The position numbers were made by a program, and so were the translations under genes. Below are positions 1 through 11,396 of a DNA stretch of 64,000 nt, piece after piece. The notes below the pieces were generated by a model, which saw only the letters and a program-made list of their open reading frames with translations, was not told the DNA's origin and searched no databases. The stretch comes from an uncultured Pelagibacteraceae bacterium (GTDB lineage Bacteria > Pseudomonadota > Alphaproteobacteria > Pelagibacterales > Pelagibacteraceae). The stretch lies in assembly GCA_902590535.1 (NCBI GenBank), contig CACIXF010000002.1, positions 4,105 through 68,104 on the forward strand, in the 5' to 3' direction. Numbering within the stretch: the first letter of the stretch is position 1; each line of letters opens with the position of its first letter.

Positions 1-965
1 TAAGTAAAATTTTACCATTTGCAGTTTTTTTTAGTTTTTCTTATGTATTAATTAAATATGATCTTAATAATGAACTAATGATCCTTTGGAACTATGGTGT
101 TCATAAGATTGAATTAACTAATTTTTTTATTAAAGTATCAATTTTCTTAACTTTAACTCAATTGATTATTACCGTTTTTGTAGTTCCTGAAACACAAAAT
201 TTGTCTAGATCATTAATAAGAACATCTAATGTTGATTTTTTTGAAAGTTTTGTGAAACCAAAAAAATTTAACGATAATATAAAAGGTCTGACAATATATG
301 CGGAAGAAAAAAATTCTAATGGCGAATTAAAAAATATTTTTTTAAAAAAAGATGTAAACGATAATGAGTTTCAAATCACTATTGCAAAAAAAGGAAAATT
401 TAAAAATATAGATAATTTAAAAATACTAGTTTTAAGTGATGGTCAAACAATAAATAGTGTAAATAATAAATTAACAAATTTTACCTTTTCAAAATCTGAC
501 TTTAATTTATCTTCATTAGATACAGTAATTGTGACAAGTGATAAAATTCAAGAAACCAAAACCAAAGAACACATAGATTGTATTCAAAAATATTTTTTAA
601 GTGATCTAAAACTTAATTCACAACAAAAAGAGTATATTAATCATAATTGTAGCCTTTCTACTTTAGACAATCTTTTTCAGGAATTATATAAAAGATTTAT
701 TGTACCACTTTATCTACCAGTTTTAATATTAACTTCATTATTTTTAATTTTGATTTCAAAAGAAAGTAAATTCTACAATAAATTTAGAATAATAGTTTTT
801 CTAAATGGATTTCTGTTTATAATTTTGTCTGAAACGCTCCTTAGACTTATTAAAAGTGACTTCTACTATAATATAAAAATTGTAATAGTTCCTTTTATTC
901 TTTTTACACTTTTATATTTAATTTTCATATTAGCACTTAAAAAAAACATAGGGTCTAAAACTTAA
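1..965 (+). CDS. lptF: LptF LPS export ABC permease (YjgP/YjgQ family), 5' end outside window
   Basis: The frame of ORF 78..965 is open back to the window start (SKILPFAVFFS...NNELMILWNYG). TM segments flank a periplasmic beta domain; ELYKRFIVPLY motif; directly upstream of the paralog lptG and of lptD. Confidence 0.85.
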   Translation, partial: SKILPFAVFFSFSYVLIKYDLNNELMILWNYGVHKIELTNFFIKVSIFLTLTQLIITVFVVPETQNLSRSLIRTSNVDFFESFVKPKKFNDNIKGLTIYAEEKNSNGELKNIFLKKDVNDNEFQITIAKKGKFKNIDNLKILVLSDGQTINSVNNKLTNFTFSKSDFNLSSLDTVIVTSDKIQETKTKEHIDCIQKYFLSDLKLNSQQKEYINHNCSLSTLDNLFQELYKRFIVPLYLPVLILTSLFLILISKESKFYNKFRIIVFLNGFLFIILSETLLRLIKSDFYYNIKIVIVPFILFTLLYLIFILALKKNIGSKT

Positions 966-2039
966 TGAAAGTTTATATTAAATTTTTAATTTCTAATTTT
1001 TTAAAGTCATTTATATACATTTCAATTACAATTTTTTGTTTAGTATTTATTCTTAACTTACTTACAGAAATTGATTTTTTTAAAAATATTAATGTAAAAT
1101 ATTATTTTCCTATTTATGTCTCTTTAATAAATTCACCCTCTTTAATTTTTGAAATGTTTCCTTTCATTTTTTTAATTTTTACTCAAGTTTTTTTTATAAA
1201 TCTTTTCAAAAATCAGCAAATAATTACATTTAAATATTCAGGGCTTAAAAATTCAAAAATTTTATTTATAACAACTATTACGTCTTTTCTTATTGGTGTT
1301 TTATTAATTACTCTTTTTTATAATATTTCCTCAAATTTAAAGAAAGTATATTTGGAGTTAAAAAATACATATACTGCAGATGACAAATACTTAGCAGTCA
1401 TTACGAATAATGGATTATGGATTAAAGACAACGTTGAGAATAATATAAATATAATTAATGCTTCAAAAATAGATGGTACATTTCTTCTAAATGCATCAAT
1501 TACTGAACTTGATAATAATTTTAATGTCACAAAACATATTGTAAGTAAAAAAATAGATATTTCAGATAAAAATTGGAAAATTAATAACGCATCAGTTTAT
1601 TTGGGAAATGTTAAAAAAGAATTAGATAATATTGTTTTTTTTTTCAAACTTCGATTACCAAAGAATACAAGGTTTGTTCTCCAATCTATCCTCTCTATCT
1701 ATTATTGAATTGATGGAGTTAAAAGAAAATTATAATCTTTTAAATTTATCTACCACTGAAGTAAGTCTTCAAATTCATAAAATTTTAAGCTATCCATTAT
1801 ATTTATGTATGATGTCTATTTTAGCTTCGATTATAATGTTCAACACAAAAAATTTTAAAAGCAACACTCTAAAAATATGTATTGGATTGTTTTTTTCCGT
1901 AATAATTTATTATATTAATAACTTCTTTTATGTAATGGGTAAGACAGAAAAAATCCCTATAATGTTATCAATTTGGTTACCTATTATTTTTTTAATAGTA
2001 GTCAATTTTATTTATATTAGAAAAATCAATGAAAAATAA
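965..2039 (+). CDS. lptG: LptG LPS export ABC permease, split by a +1 frameshift in a T10 run (probable sequencing error)
   Basis: ORFs 965..1708 and 1632..2039 join into one YjgP/Q permease if one T is removed from the run at 1635-1644. GLWIKD and HKILSYPL motifs. Confidence 0.82.
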
Positions 2040-4921
2040 ACTTATAAATATTTTAAAAATTGTAATTTTGAGTTTAAGTATAATTAAATCTTCCCTAGCA
2101 GGTGAAGTTTTTAATTTTGATGTAACAGAAATCGAAATTATAGAAAACGGCAATATATTTATTGGAAAAAAAGGAGGTACAGCTACTACTGAAGATGGAG
2201 TTGTTATCAAAGCTTTAAATTTTAATTATGATAAAAAAAAAAAATATTTTAATAGCAACAGGTAATGTTAAAATAATTGATAATGCAGATGACATAAAAA
2301 TCTACTCTGAAAATGTTACCTATCTTAAAAATAAAGAAATAATAATTTCTGAAGGTAATTCAAAAGCAAAAAATGAAAATATTGAAATTAATGCAAATAA
2401 ATTTAAATATAATAAAATAACTAATATTATAAATGCTAATGGATCAGTTAAAATAGAAAACAAAATTGAAAATTATATAATCTTTTCTGACAATATTACA
2501 TATCTAAGAAATTTAGAAAAAATAATTACAAAAAGTAATTCAAAAGCTATAAATAATGGAGTCACAATTGATGCTGATAATTTTTTATTTAATAGAAACA
2601 AAAATATACTTAATGCTGAGGGAAATGTTAAGGTTGATGACGTAGTAGAAAATTATCAAATTTTTGCAGAAAATATTACTTATTATAAAAATGAAAATAC
2701 AATATCAAGTAAAGGAAAAACAAATATAATAGTTGATGAAAAATATAATTTTAATTCAACCGACGTTTTTCTTGATAGAAATCTTAAAGAATTTAAATCC
2801 TCTAAAAAATCAAATATAATTTACGATAATTTAAATAAGTATGAACTATCAAAATTTGTATACTTTTATGAAAAAAAATTTCTTAAGGGAGAAAACATAA
2901 AAGTTCAAAATAATTATAAAAATAAAAATAATGATAAATTATTTTTCTCTAATGCATTTATAAATTTTATTGATAATTCGTTTATATCAAAAGATACTAA
3001 AGTATTATTAAATAAAGGAACATTCGATAAGGAAAGAAATACTAAGGAAAACGAAAACAATATTTTTTCTGGTCAAAATGATCCAAGAATCTATGGCAGT
3101 TCTTCAAATGGTGATGAAAAAAATATAATAATTAACAATGGTATCTTCACAAGTTGTAAAAAAAGAGACAAATGTCCTCCATGGAGTATTAAAGCAAAGA
3201 AAATTTCTCATGATAGAGAAAAACAAAATATCAATTATGAAAATGCTTTTTTAAATATTTATGATGTACCAGTTTTTTATTTTCCAAAGTTTTTTCACCC
3301 AGATCCTAGCGTAGAAAGACGATCTGGTCTTTTGCAACCAAGGTTAAATAACTCCGATATATTGGGAAGTTCTTTAAATCTTCCATATTTTCATGTTATA
3401 TCAGAAAATAAAGATATAACATTTAAACCTACCATTTTTGATAACAGAATTTACATGTTTCAAAATGAATTTCGTCAAAAAAATGAAATGTCGAGTTTTA
3501 TTGCAGATTTTAATTATATTAAAGGCTATCAATCATCATTAAAAAACAACAATTATAGTAATAGAAATAGTATATCACATTTGTTTGCTAAATTTGATCT
3601 AGATCTAGGTTTAGAAAAATTTACAAACAGTAAATTAAAAGTTTCTTTGGAAAAAGTAAACAACGATACATATTTAAAAGTTTTTGAAGACGTATTATTG
3701 GTAGATAAAGAATTTGAAAATGATTTAAAGGATTCAAATAATTTAACGACTGGTATTGACTTTGAATTAGATAATGAAAAATTTAATTTTACAGCTAATT
3801 TAAGAGCTCATGAAAACCTCCAAAAAGAAAATAATGATAGATATCAATATATTTTTCCAGAATATAATTTTAATACTTCTCTTTTTTCAAATCAAAATGG
3901 AAGCTTAAAATTTAAAAGTTATGGAAGAAATTCTTTATCAAATACCAACAATTTAAGAAGCAATATTACTAATGAAGTAGGTTATTCTACTAATGATATT
4001 TTTTCGAAAAATGGATTTGTAAATAATTTTGGAATATATTTTAAAAATTTAAATGCAACTGGTAAAAATGATACAAAATATAAATCTAGTATTCAAAGTG
4101 AATTATTAAATATTTATGAAATAAATTCAAAATTACCATTGATGAAATTAAATGAAAAAACCGTAGATTTTATAACCCCGACCTTATCTTTCAGAATAAA
4201 TCCAAGCGACATGAAAAACCATTCAACTGATAATAGATTGTTAACAACAAATAATATATTTGACATAAATAGATTGGGTATTTCTGACAGTTATGAGTCT
4301 GGAAAATCAATAACACTTGGATTGGATTACAAAAAACAAAATAAAATTGATGTTGATAAATATTTTGAACTTAAACTTGCTACAATTTTAAGAGATACTC
4401 AAGAGGCTAAAATTCCTAAATCAAGTTCAGCGAATAGAACTGTATCAAATTTGTTTGGATCAATTGAAAATAATTTTTCAGATATGTTTTCAATAAATTA
4501 TAATTTTTCATTAGATAATGATTTTAATAAATTTGAGCATAATTCAATTGAGACCGAATTTTCAGTAAATAACTTTGTTACAAAATTTAACTTTCTGGAA
4601 AAGAATGGTGAAATTGGAGATGTTAATACATTAGAAAATTCAACAAAGTTTACTTTCGATGAACAAAACAATTTAACATTTAAGACAAGAAGGAATAGAA
4701 AAATAAGTTTAACAGAATACTATGACTTGGTTTATGAGTATCAAAATGATTGTTTAACTGCTGCTGTAAAATATAGAAAAACATATTATAATGATAGAGA
4801 TCTAAGACCAAAAGAAGATCTATTTTTAACTATAACTTTATTTCCTCTAACTACTCTAGATCAAAAAATTGAGGAAAGTGCATGGCGAGGAGATAATGCG
4901 ATCCAAAACTTATTTGATTAA
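2029..4921 (+). CDS. lptD: LptD (OstA/Imp) LPS assembly outer-membrane protein, split by a +1 frameshift in an A12 run
   Basis: The signal-peptide ORF 2029..2265 joins ORF 2228..4921 on removing one A at 2233-2244. FTSC...CPPWSI, PVFYFP, RRSGLL and YEYQNDCL motifs; lptFG-lptD-surA-pdxA-rsmA synteny. Confidence 0.88.
2194..2722 (+). repeat. Three diverged tandem 60-aa (180-nt) repeats in the LptD N-terminal beta-jellyroll region
   Basis: NIL/NII at aa 6, 66, 126; G.VK at 12, 72, 132; N[VI]TY at 29, 89, 149 of ORF 2228..4921. Confidence 0.8.
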
Positions 4922-5840
4922 ATTAACTTTTCTTTTCATAACTATTTTATTGTTTAATATTAGTAATCTAAATTCCTTAGAAAATAAAATAATATTAAAA
5001 ATTGATAATGAAATTATTACAACATTAGACATAGAAAATGAAATTAAATATTTAAAAGCACTAAGTCCAAATATAAAAAATTTAGAAAAAAAAAAATTAT
5101 TTCAATTTGGTAAAAACTCATTGATAAGAGAAAAAGTAAAAAAAAATGAAATACTAAAATTTATAGAAATAATAAAATTAGAAGAAGCTTATTTAGAAAA
5201 ATTAATACAAGATAGATACTCGAAACTCAATTTTAAAAATAAGAAAGAATTTTTAGAATACCTCAAATTAAACGACGTAAATATTGAGCAAATAGAACAA
5301 AAATTTTCAATAGAAGCTCTATGGAATGAGTTAATCTATCAGAAATATATTTCAAATATAAAAATAGATGAAAAAGAATTAGAGATAGAAATTGAGAAAA
5401 TATATCAAAAAGGAAGTAAATCTTACTTGTTATCTGAAATTGTTTTCAAAATTGACAATAAAAACAATTTAAAGAAAAAATATAAAGAAATTAAAGATAG
5501 CATATTATCTAATGGGTTTGAAAATAGTGTACCAATTTACAGTGTATCTGGTACTTCCGATATTGGTGGTAAATTGGGTTGGATAAAAGAAAATTCTTTA
5601 AACAAAAAAATTTTAGAAAATTTAATTAAATTAAATAAAAATGATATTACTGAACCAATATTTACACCTAATGGCTACCTTGTTCTAAAAATAGAAGATA
5701 TTAGATATGAGAAAATTAAATTTGATAAAAAAAAAGAATTAGATAAATTAATTAAAGTAAAAACAAATCAACAGCTTAATCAATACTCAAATATTTATTT
5801 TAACAGAGTCAAAAAAAATTTAAATATTAATGAATTATAA
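4896..5840 (+). CDS. surA: SurA-like periplasmic chaperone / parvulin PPIase
   Basis: KIDNEIIT N-terminal motif, GGKLGWI and PIFTPNGYLVLK parvulin motifs. ATG at 4896 is preceded by GAGGAG; located between lptD and pdxA. Confidence 0.75.
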   Translation: MRSKTYLIKLTFLFITILLFNISNLNSLENKIILKIDNEIITTLDIENEIKYLKALSPNIKNLEKKKLFQFGKNSLIREKVKKNEILKFIEIIKLEEAYLEKLIQDRYSKLNFKNKKEFLEYLKLNDVNIEQIEQKFSIEALWNELIYQKYISNIKIDEKELEIEIEKIYQKGSKSYLLSEIVFKIDNKNNLKKKYKEIKDSILSNGFENSVPIYSVSGTSDIGGKLGWIKENSLNKKILENLIKLNKNDITEPIFTPNGYLVLKIEDIRYEKIKFDKKKELDKLIKVKTNQQLNQYSNIYFNRVKKNLNINEL

Positions 5841-6793
5841 TCCAATTTTAATAGTTGCGGGAGAACCAAATAGTATTTTTTTGGAAATTTTTTTTAAATC
5901 AATAAAATTATATAAAAATAAAAATCCACTTATTCTTATTTGTTCAGAAAAAATAATTAAAAAAACAAATGAAAATACTTAAATTTAAAAAAAAAATTAA
6001 ACTTTTAAATAAAAAAAATTTTCATCAAGAAAGACTCAATAATAAATCAATTAATTTAATTAATATAAATTTTGATCAAAAAAAAGCTTTTGAAAAGATA
6101 TCTAGAAGATCGAACAATTATATTAAACAATCTTTTGATGTTGCGTTTGAAATAATCAAAACAGGTAAAATAACTAAACTAATAAATGGACCAATATCAA
6201 AAAAACATTTTTTAGGAAATAAATACTTGGGTATTACTGAATACATTTCTAGAAAATTTTCTAAAAAAAAAAATTGTATGTTGATATATAATAAAGAACT
6301 TTCAGTTTGTCCTATCACTACTCATTTGCCTTTGAAACAAGTAGTTCGAAAAATAAATAAAAAAGTTATTTCTGAAAAAATTGAGTTGATTAGTAATTTT
6401 TTTAAAAAAAATGTAGGTTTTAATCCAAAAATCGCTGTATTAGGCCTTAATCCACACTGTGAAAGTATTCATAAATTTAATGAGGATGAAAAAATCATTA
6501 AACCTTTAATAAAAAAATTACAAAAAAAATATTCTATTTCTGGTCCATTCCCAGCAGATACAACTTTTCTAAAAAAAAATAGAAAAAATTTTAATGTTAT
6601 TGTTGGTATGTATCATGACCAAGTTTTAACTCCCATAAAAACAATTTATGAATATGATGCGATAAATATAACTATAGGTTTACCTTTTTTACGTGTTTCT
6701 CCAGATCATGGTCCAAATGAGAAAATGTTAGGTAAAAATAAGTCTAATCCATTTAGTTTAATAAAAGCAATTTCATTTTTGGATAAAGTTTGA
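5830..6793 (+). CDS. pdxA: 4-hydroxythreonine-4-phosphate dehydrogenase, +1 frameshift in an A7 run
   Basis: The N-terminus MNYNPILIVAGEPNSI starts at 5830 and joins ORF 5969..6793 on removing one A at 5959-5965. TTHLPL, GLNPH, MYHDQ and SPDHG motifs. Confidence 0.88.
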
Positions 6794-7576
6794 TTAAAGC
6801 AAAAAAAAGTTTAGGTCAGAATTTTTTAGTTGATAAAAAGGTTTTAGAAAAAATTATAAATGCAGCAATTATAGAAAATAAAACAATACTTGAAATTGGT
6901 CCTGGTACAGGAAACCTTACATCATATATTCTTAAAAAAAATCCAAAGAAATTATTTGTAATTGAAAAGGATGATGATCTTGCAGTAATGCTAAAAAATA
7001 AATTTCAGGAACAGTTGATAATGATTAATGATGATGTTTTAAAAATTGATGAAACAAAAATTTCAAGTGATAAAATAATTGTTTTTGGAAATTTACCCTA
7101 CAATATCTCGACAGAAATTTTAAGCAAATGGATAACAAATTTAAAAAATCACTTTTGGTTTGATTCTTTAATTTTAATGTTTCAGAAAGAGGTTGCTGAC
7201 AGGATAATTGCTAAATTTAATACTTCTAATTATGGGAGGTTGGCAATAATGTGTAATTGGAAGCTTAATATAAAAAAAATATGTGATGTAAAAGCTGATG
7301 CATTCTTTCCTAAACCTAAAATAGATAGTTCTTTGTTAATTTTTTCACCAAAAGAAGATTTTTTTAAAATTAATAATCCTTATAACTTAGAAAAAATTAC
7401 AAGGATTTTTTTTAATCAACGAAGAAAAATGATAAAAAAAACCCTTTAACCAAATCTTTAACGGTGACCAAAAAATTTTAGATAAACTTAAAATTAATTT
7501 GAATTTAAGACCTCAGAACTTGAGTTTAGATACTTACTATAAACTAGTTTATGAATACGAAAAGCTAATTAGTTAA
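6790..7576 (+). CDS. rsmA: 16S rRNA dimethyladenosine transferase KsgA/RsmA, +1 frameshift near the 3' end in an A8 run
   Basis: [31 protein letters not shown]. The C-terminus (KKPFNQIF...LRPQNLS...) continues in another frame to TAA 7574-7576 after the run at 7434-7441. Confidence 0.9.
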
Positions 7577-8197
7577 TTTATTAACTTGGCTTCTAACATA
7601 CTCAATATCATAATCTTTCGATCCGTTGTTTATTACAGCATCAATCAATTTTGTAATTTTTAAATAACATTCATCTAAATCATTATTAATAACAACGTAA
7701 TCATAATTTATCCAATGTAAGACGTCCCTCTCAAATTGTTTAATTCTTTCTTCGGCAATAAGCTTGTCATTAATATGACGTTTGGATAATCTTTCAAATA
7801 AAACTTCTCTACTTGGAGGTAATATAAAAAAAGTAATTAATTTATAATCTAATTTTTTATTTTTAATTTGATCTGCTCCCTGCCAATCAATATCAAAAAG
7901 AACATTTTTACCTTTATTTAATTTATCTATTACTGGTGTTCTTGTTGTCCCATAAAAATTATTGAAAACTTTTGCATATTCAAGGAACTCCTCATTTTTT
8001 ATTAATCTTTTGAATTCTAATTCATCAACGAAAAAATAATCTTCATTTCGATTTTCATTAGGTCTAGGCTGTCTGGTAGTATGTGATATTGAAATTTCAA
8101 AATTATCTTTTTCTGATAATTTTTTAACCAATGTTGTTTTACCTGCTCCAGAAGGAGAAGATAAAATTATCATTACTCCATCTTTTTCTGATGGCAT
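7565..8197 (-). CDS. gmk: Guanylate kinase
   Basis: [11 protein letters not shown]-loop, [18 protein letters not shown]. Confidence 0.95.
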   Translation of the reverse strand: MPSEKDGVMIILSSPSGAGKTTLVKKLSEKDNFEISISHTTRQPRPNENRNEDYFFVDELEFKRLIKNEEFLEYAKVFNNFYGTTRTPVIDKLNKGKNVLFDIDWQGADQIKNKKLDYKLITFFILPPSREVLFERLSKRHINDKLIAEERIKQFERDVLHWINYDYVVINNDLDECYLKITKLIDAVINNGSKDYDIEYVRSQVNKLTN

Positions 8198-8205
8198 TAA
8201 AATTT

Positions 8206-8445
8206 CTAGTTAGCTTTTCCTTCGATAAACTTAACTGCATCTCCAACAGTTAAAATTTTCTCTGCTTCACTGTCTGAAATTTCAGATCCAAATTCTTCTT
8301 CAAAAGCCATCACTAATTCAACTGTATCTAAACTATCAGCTCCTAAATCATCTATAAAACTAGACTCTTCAGTTACTTTTGCTTCATCGATACCTAAGTG
8401 GTCTGCTACAATTTTTTTTACTTTGCTTGAAACGTCTTCTGACAT
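8206..8445 (-). CDS. acpP: Acyl carrier protein
   Basis: [20 protein letters not shown] phosphopantetheine motif. Confidence 0.97.
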   Translation of the reverse strand: MSEDVSSKVKKIVADHLGIDEAKVTEESSFIDDLGADSLDTVELVMAFEEEFGSEISDSEAEKILTVGDAVKFIEGKAN

Positions 8446-8494
8446 ATTGATCCTTTTTTGTTATAAATTCTTATTAGTTTAAAAACCTATTTTG

Positions 8495-9232
8495 TCAAGC
8501 CATATACATGCCTCCATTAACATGCAAGGTTTCTCCATTTATATAACTTGAGTGACTAGAACATAAAAAAAGTACAGCATTTGCAATATCATCTGGCTCT
8601 CCTAGTCGGGCAGAAGGAATTTTTGATATTATAGCCTCTTTAAATTTTTCATCTAATTTATCCGTCATAGCTGTTTTGACAAAACCAGGTGAAACACAAT
8701 TTATATTTATATTTTTCTTAGCATATTCTATTGCCAAACTCTTAGACATTGCAATAATACCTGCTTTAGAAGCGGTGTAATTGGCTTGTCCTAAATTGCC
8801 TGTATGTCCAACAACTGACGTAATATTAACAATCTTTCCAGATTTATTTTTAAGCATTTTTTTAATTGCTGATTTGCTCATTAAAAAAGTTGATGTTAAA
8901 TTAACATCAATTACTTTTTTCCACTCATCTAGGCTCATCCTTATTGCTAAATTATCTTGGGTAATGCCTGCATTATTAACTAAACAATCTAAACTGCCAC
9001 CAAGTTCTTTGGTTGCGTTTTCAATAAACTCCTCAATTTTATCGCTTTGAGAAATATCAAACTTTAATATTTTAATATTTCCATATTTATCTTTTAGTTC
9101 CTCAAGTTTTTCTACTCTTGTTCCTGAGGCTAAAATATTTGCATCTGATTGGTTTAATTTTTGAATTATTGAATTCCCAATCCCACCTGAAGCACCTGTA
9201 ACAATAATATTTTTACCTTTTAAATCATTCAT
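8495..9232 (-). CDS. fabG: 3-oxoacyl-ACP reductase
   Basis: TGASGGIG, NNAGIT, GQANYTASK, LHVNGGM; between fabD and acpP. Confidence 0.95.
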   Translation of the reverse strand: MNDLKGKNIIVTGASGGIGNSIIQKLNQSDANILASGTRVEKLEELKDKYGNIKILKFDISQSDKIEEFIENATKELGGSLDCLVNNAGITQDNLAIRMSLDEWKKVIDVNLTSTFLMSKSAIKKMLKNKSGKIVNITSVVGHTGNLGQANYTASKAGIIAMSKSLAIEYAKKNININCVSPGFVKTAMTDKLDEKFKEAIISKIPSARLGEPDDIANAVLFLCSSHSSYINGETLHVNGGMYMA

Positions 9233-10155
9233 ATTTTTAGACCTTCAATATCACTTTGAGAATTAATTGTATCAATTTTTACATTTCTATTAATTCTTTT
9301 TACTAAACCTGACAAAACTTTCCCAGGTCCAATTTCTATAAAATGGTTTACATCATTTTCTATCATATTAATCACGCTTTCTCTCCATCTAACTCTATTC
9401 TCTATTTGCTTAATCAAGAGATTTTTAAGCTCATCTGGGTCTTTAATTTCATTAGCAGTAACATTTGATATTAGTTTATTTTGACCATTTTTAAAATTAA
9501 GTTTATTTAACTCTTCTTTCATAATTTTGGTAGCATTATTCATCAAATCGCAGTGGAAGGGTGCGCTAACTGGAAGTTTAATATTTTTTATAGAATTATC
9601 CTTAAAAATTTGAATTAACTTTTCTAAATCCTCTGTTTTTCCACTCAAAACAATTTGGCCCTCAGAATTATCATTTGCAATTTGTGCTTTTAAATTTTCT
9701 TTATTTTCTATCAAAATTTTTTCAATCATATCAACTGTTGAACCTAATACCGCAACCATCCCACCTTGCCCTTTAGGAACAGAGTTTTGCATAGCATCTC
9801 CTCTAGTTCTTAATATCTTTAAAGTATCTGAAAAATCTAGATATCCCGCACATGATAAAGCAGAATATTCACCTAAAGAATGTCCTGCAAAGTATTTTGC
9901 TTTATTTAAATCCATTTTGAATTCATTTTTTGCTAAATTAAATATTGAATAACTTATTAAGAATATTGCTGGCTGTGTATTTGCTGTTAAATCTAAATCT
10001 TCTTTTGGCCCTTCTAGGATAAGCTTAGAAATAGAAAAATTTAGTGTATCATCTGCCTGTTTAAAAAGGTCTTTTACCATATTAAATTTATCATAAAGCT
10101 CTTTTCCCATTCCCACTATTTGAGATCCCTGACCTGGAAAAATTACTGAAAACAT
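9229..10155 (-). CDS. fabD: Malonyl-CoA:ACP transacylase
   Basis: FPGQGSQ, GHSLGEY, VSAPFH, EIGPGKVL. Confidence 0.96.
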   Translation of the reverse strand: MFSVIFPGQGSQIVGMGKELYDKFNMVKDLFKQADDTLNFSISKLILEGPKEDLDLTANTQPAIFLISYSIFNLAKNEFKMDLNKAKYFAGHSLGEYSALSCAGYLDFSDTLKILRTRGDAMQNSVPKGQGGMVAVLGSTVDMIEKILIENKENLKAQIANDNSEGQIVLSGKTEDLEKLIQIFKDNSIKNIKLPVSAPFHCDLMNNATKIMKEELNKLNFKNGQNKLISNVTANEIKDPDELKNLLIKQIENRVRWRESVINMIENDVNHFIEIGPGKVLSGLVKRINRNVKIDTINSQSDIEGLKI

Positions 10156-10242
10156 ATAAAAAAAACTAATATTTCTGCCTTTTTAACTATTGTAATTGAA
10201 CTTTTATAATAGTATATCCTCACTTTTTATTAAAGAACTTAA

Positions 10243-10596
10243 ATGAATTTATACGAACATACTATTATAGCTAGGCAAGATACTTCACCAAGTGAATTAA
10301 AGCAACTAACAGAAAAGTATTCTAAAATTGTTGAAAAAAATGATGGCGAAGTTGTTAAAACTGAAAACTGGGGATTACTAAACTTATCTTATCTAATTAA
10401 AAAGAATAAAAAAGGGAGTTACATACACTTTAAAATAAAAGGTAAAGGTAATGTTATTGATGAGTTAGAAAAAAATGAAGCTATAGATAAAAAATTACTG
10501 AGATATCTAACAGTTAGAGTTAAAAAATTTGACTTAGAAACAAACTATTTTGGAAAAAAAGAAGATAGTGAAAAAAAAGAAAGTGTTAAAAACTAA
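10243..10596 (+). CDS. rpsF: 30S ribosomal protein S6
   Basis: [22 protein letters not shown]; rpsF-rpsR-rplI order. Confidence 0.95.
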   Translation: MNLYEHTIIARQDTSPSELKQLTEKYSKIVEKNDGEVVKTENWGLLNLSYLIKKNKKGSYIHFKIKGKGNVIDELEKNEAIDKKLLRYLTVRVKKFDLETNYFGKKEDSEKKESVKN

Positions 10597-10868
10597 TGCC
10601 AAAAAGACAAAGTGGGAATAAAAAAGGTAAACAAAGTAACTTTGCGAAATTAAGTATTTTTCAACCTAATAAATATAAATTCAAAAAAACTTGCCCATTA
10701 TCAGCTAAGGGTGCTCCTCAAGTAGATTACAAAAATATTAAACTTTTAAAAAAATATGTATCTGAGAATGGTAAAATTTTACCTTCAAGAATAACAAATG
10801 TTTCTCAAAAGAAACAAAGAGAACTTTCTCTTTCAGTAAAAAGAGCAAGAAACTTAGCATTAATATAA
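10596..10868 (+). CDS. rpsR: 30S ribosomal protein S18
   Basis: [24 protein letters not shown]...QRELS..VKRAR. Confidence 0.95.
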   Translation: MPKRQSGNKKGKQSNFAKLSIFQPNKYKFKKTCPLSAKGAPQVDYKNIKLLKKYVSENGKILPSRITNVSQKKQRELSLSVKRARNLALI

Positions 10869-10869
10869 A

Positions 10870-11328
10870 ATGAAAGTAATATTATTAGAAAACGTTAAAA
10901 GAATTGGATCTATTGGTGAAGTAATAGATGTAAAAAGAGGTTTTGCTAGAAACTTCTTAATTGCTAATAAAAAAGCTCTTTATGCATCAAAAGAAAATGT
11001 AAAAGAAGTTGAAAAAATTAAAGCTGAGTTATCTAAAAAAGATAACGAAAAGAAAAAAGAAGCCTCGCAAATTGCTGAGCAGATTAATGGTAAAGAGTAT
11101 TCTGTCAAAAAGCTAAGTACAGAAAATAATGAATTATATGGTTCAGTTAAACCAACTGAAATTTCAAAACTTATTCAAGAAAAAAATAAAATTGATATAA
11201 AACCTTCAATGATACAACCAGTTGAAGAAATAAAAGCTTTAGGAAAATTTAAAGTTAAAATTTCTTTACACTCAGAAGTTGATGCTGAAATTACAATCGA
11301 TGTTTCTTCAGCTGATACAATCCAATAA
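10870..11328 (+). CDS. rplI: 50S ribosomal protein L9
   Basis: MKVILLE...VKRGFARNFLI, LYGSV, IKALG. Confidence 0.95.
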   Translation: MKVILLENVKRIGSIGEVIDVKRGFARNFLIANKKALYASKENVKEVEKIKAELSKKDNEKKKEASQIAEQINGKEYSVKKLSTENNELYGSVKPTEISKLIQEKNKIDIKPSMIQPVEEIKALGKFKVKISLHSEVDAEITIDVSSADTIQ

Positions 11329-11396
11329 TTATACATTCTTTTCCCCAGTAGAAATATACAATTTGATTTAACTATTTTTCATGTAAATTTATTTTC

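Noticed and set aside
965-7576. True pseudogenisation or phase variation of the lpt-pdxA-rsmA block
   Set aside because: Both halves of every gene are intact, with no nonsense decay; all lesions are +1 in homopolymers, and several genes are normally essential.
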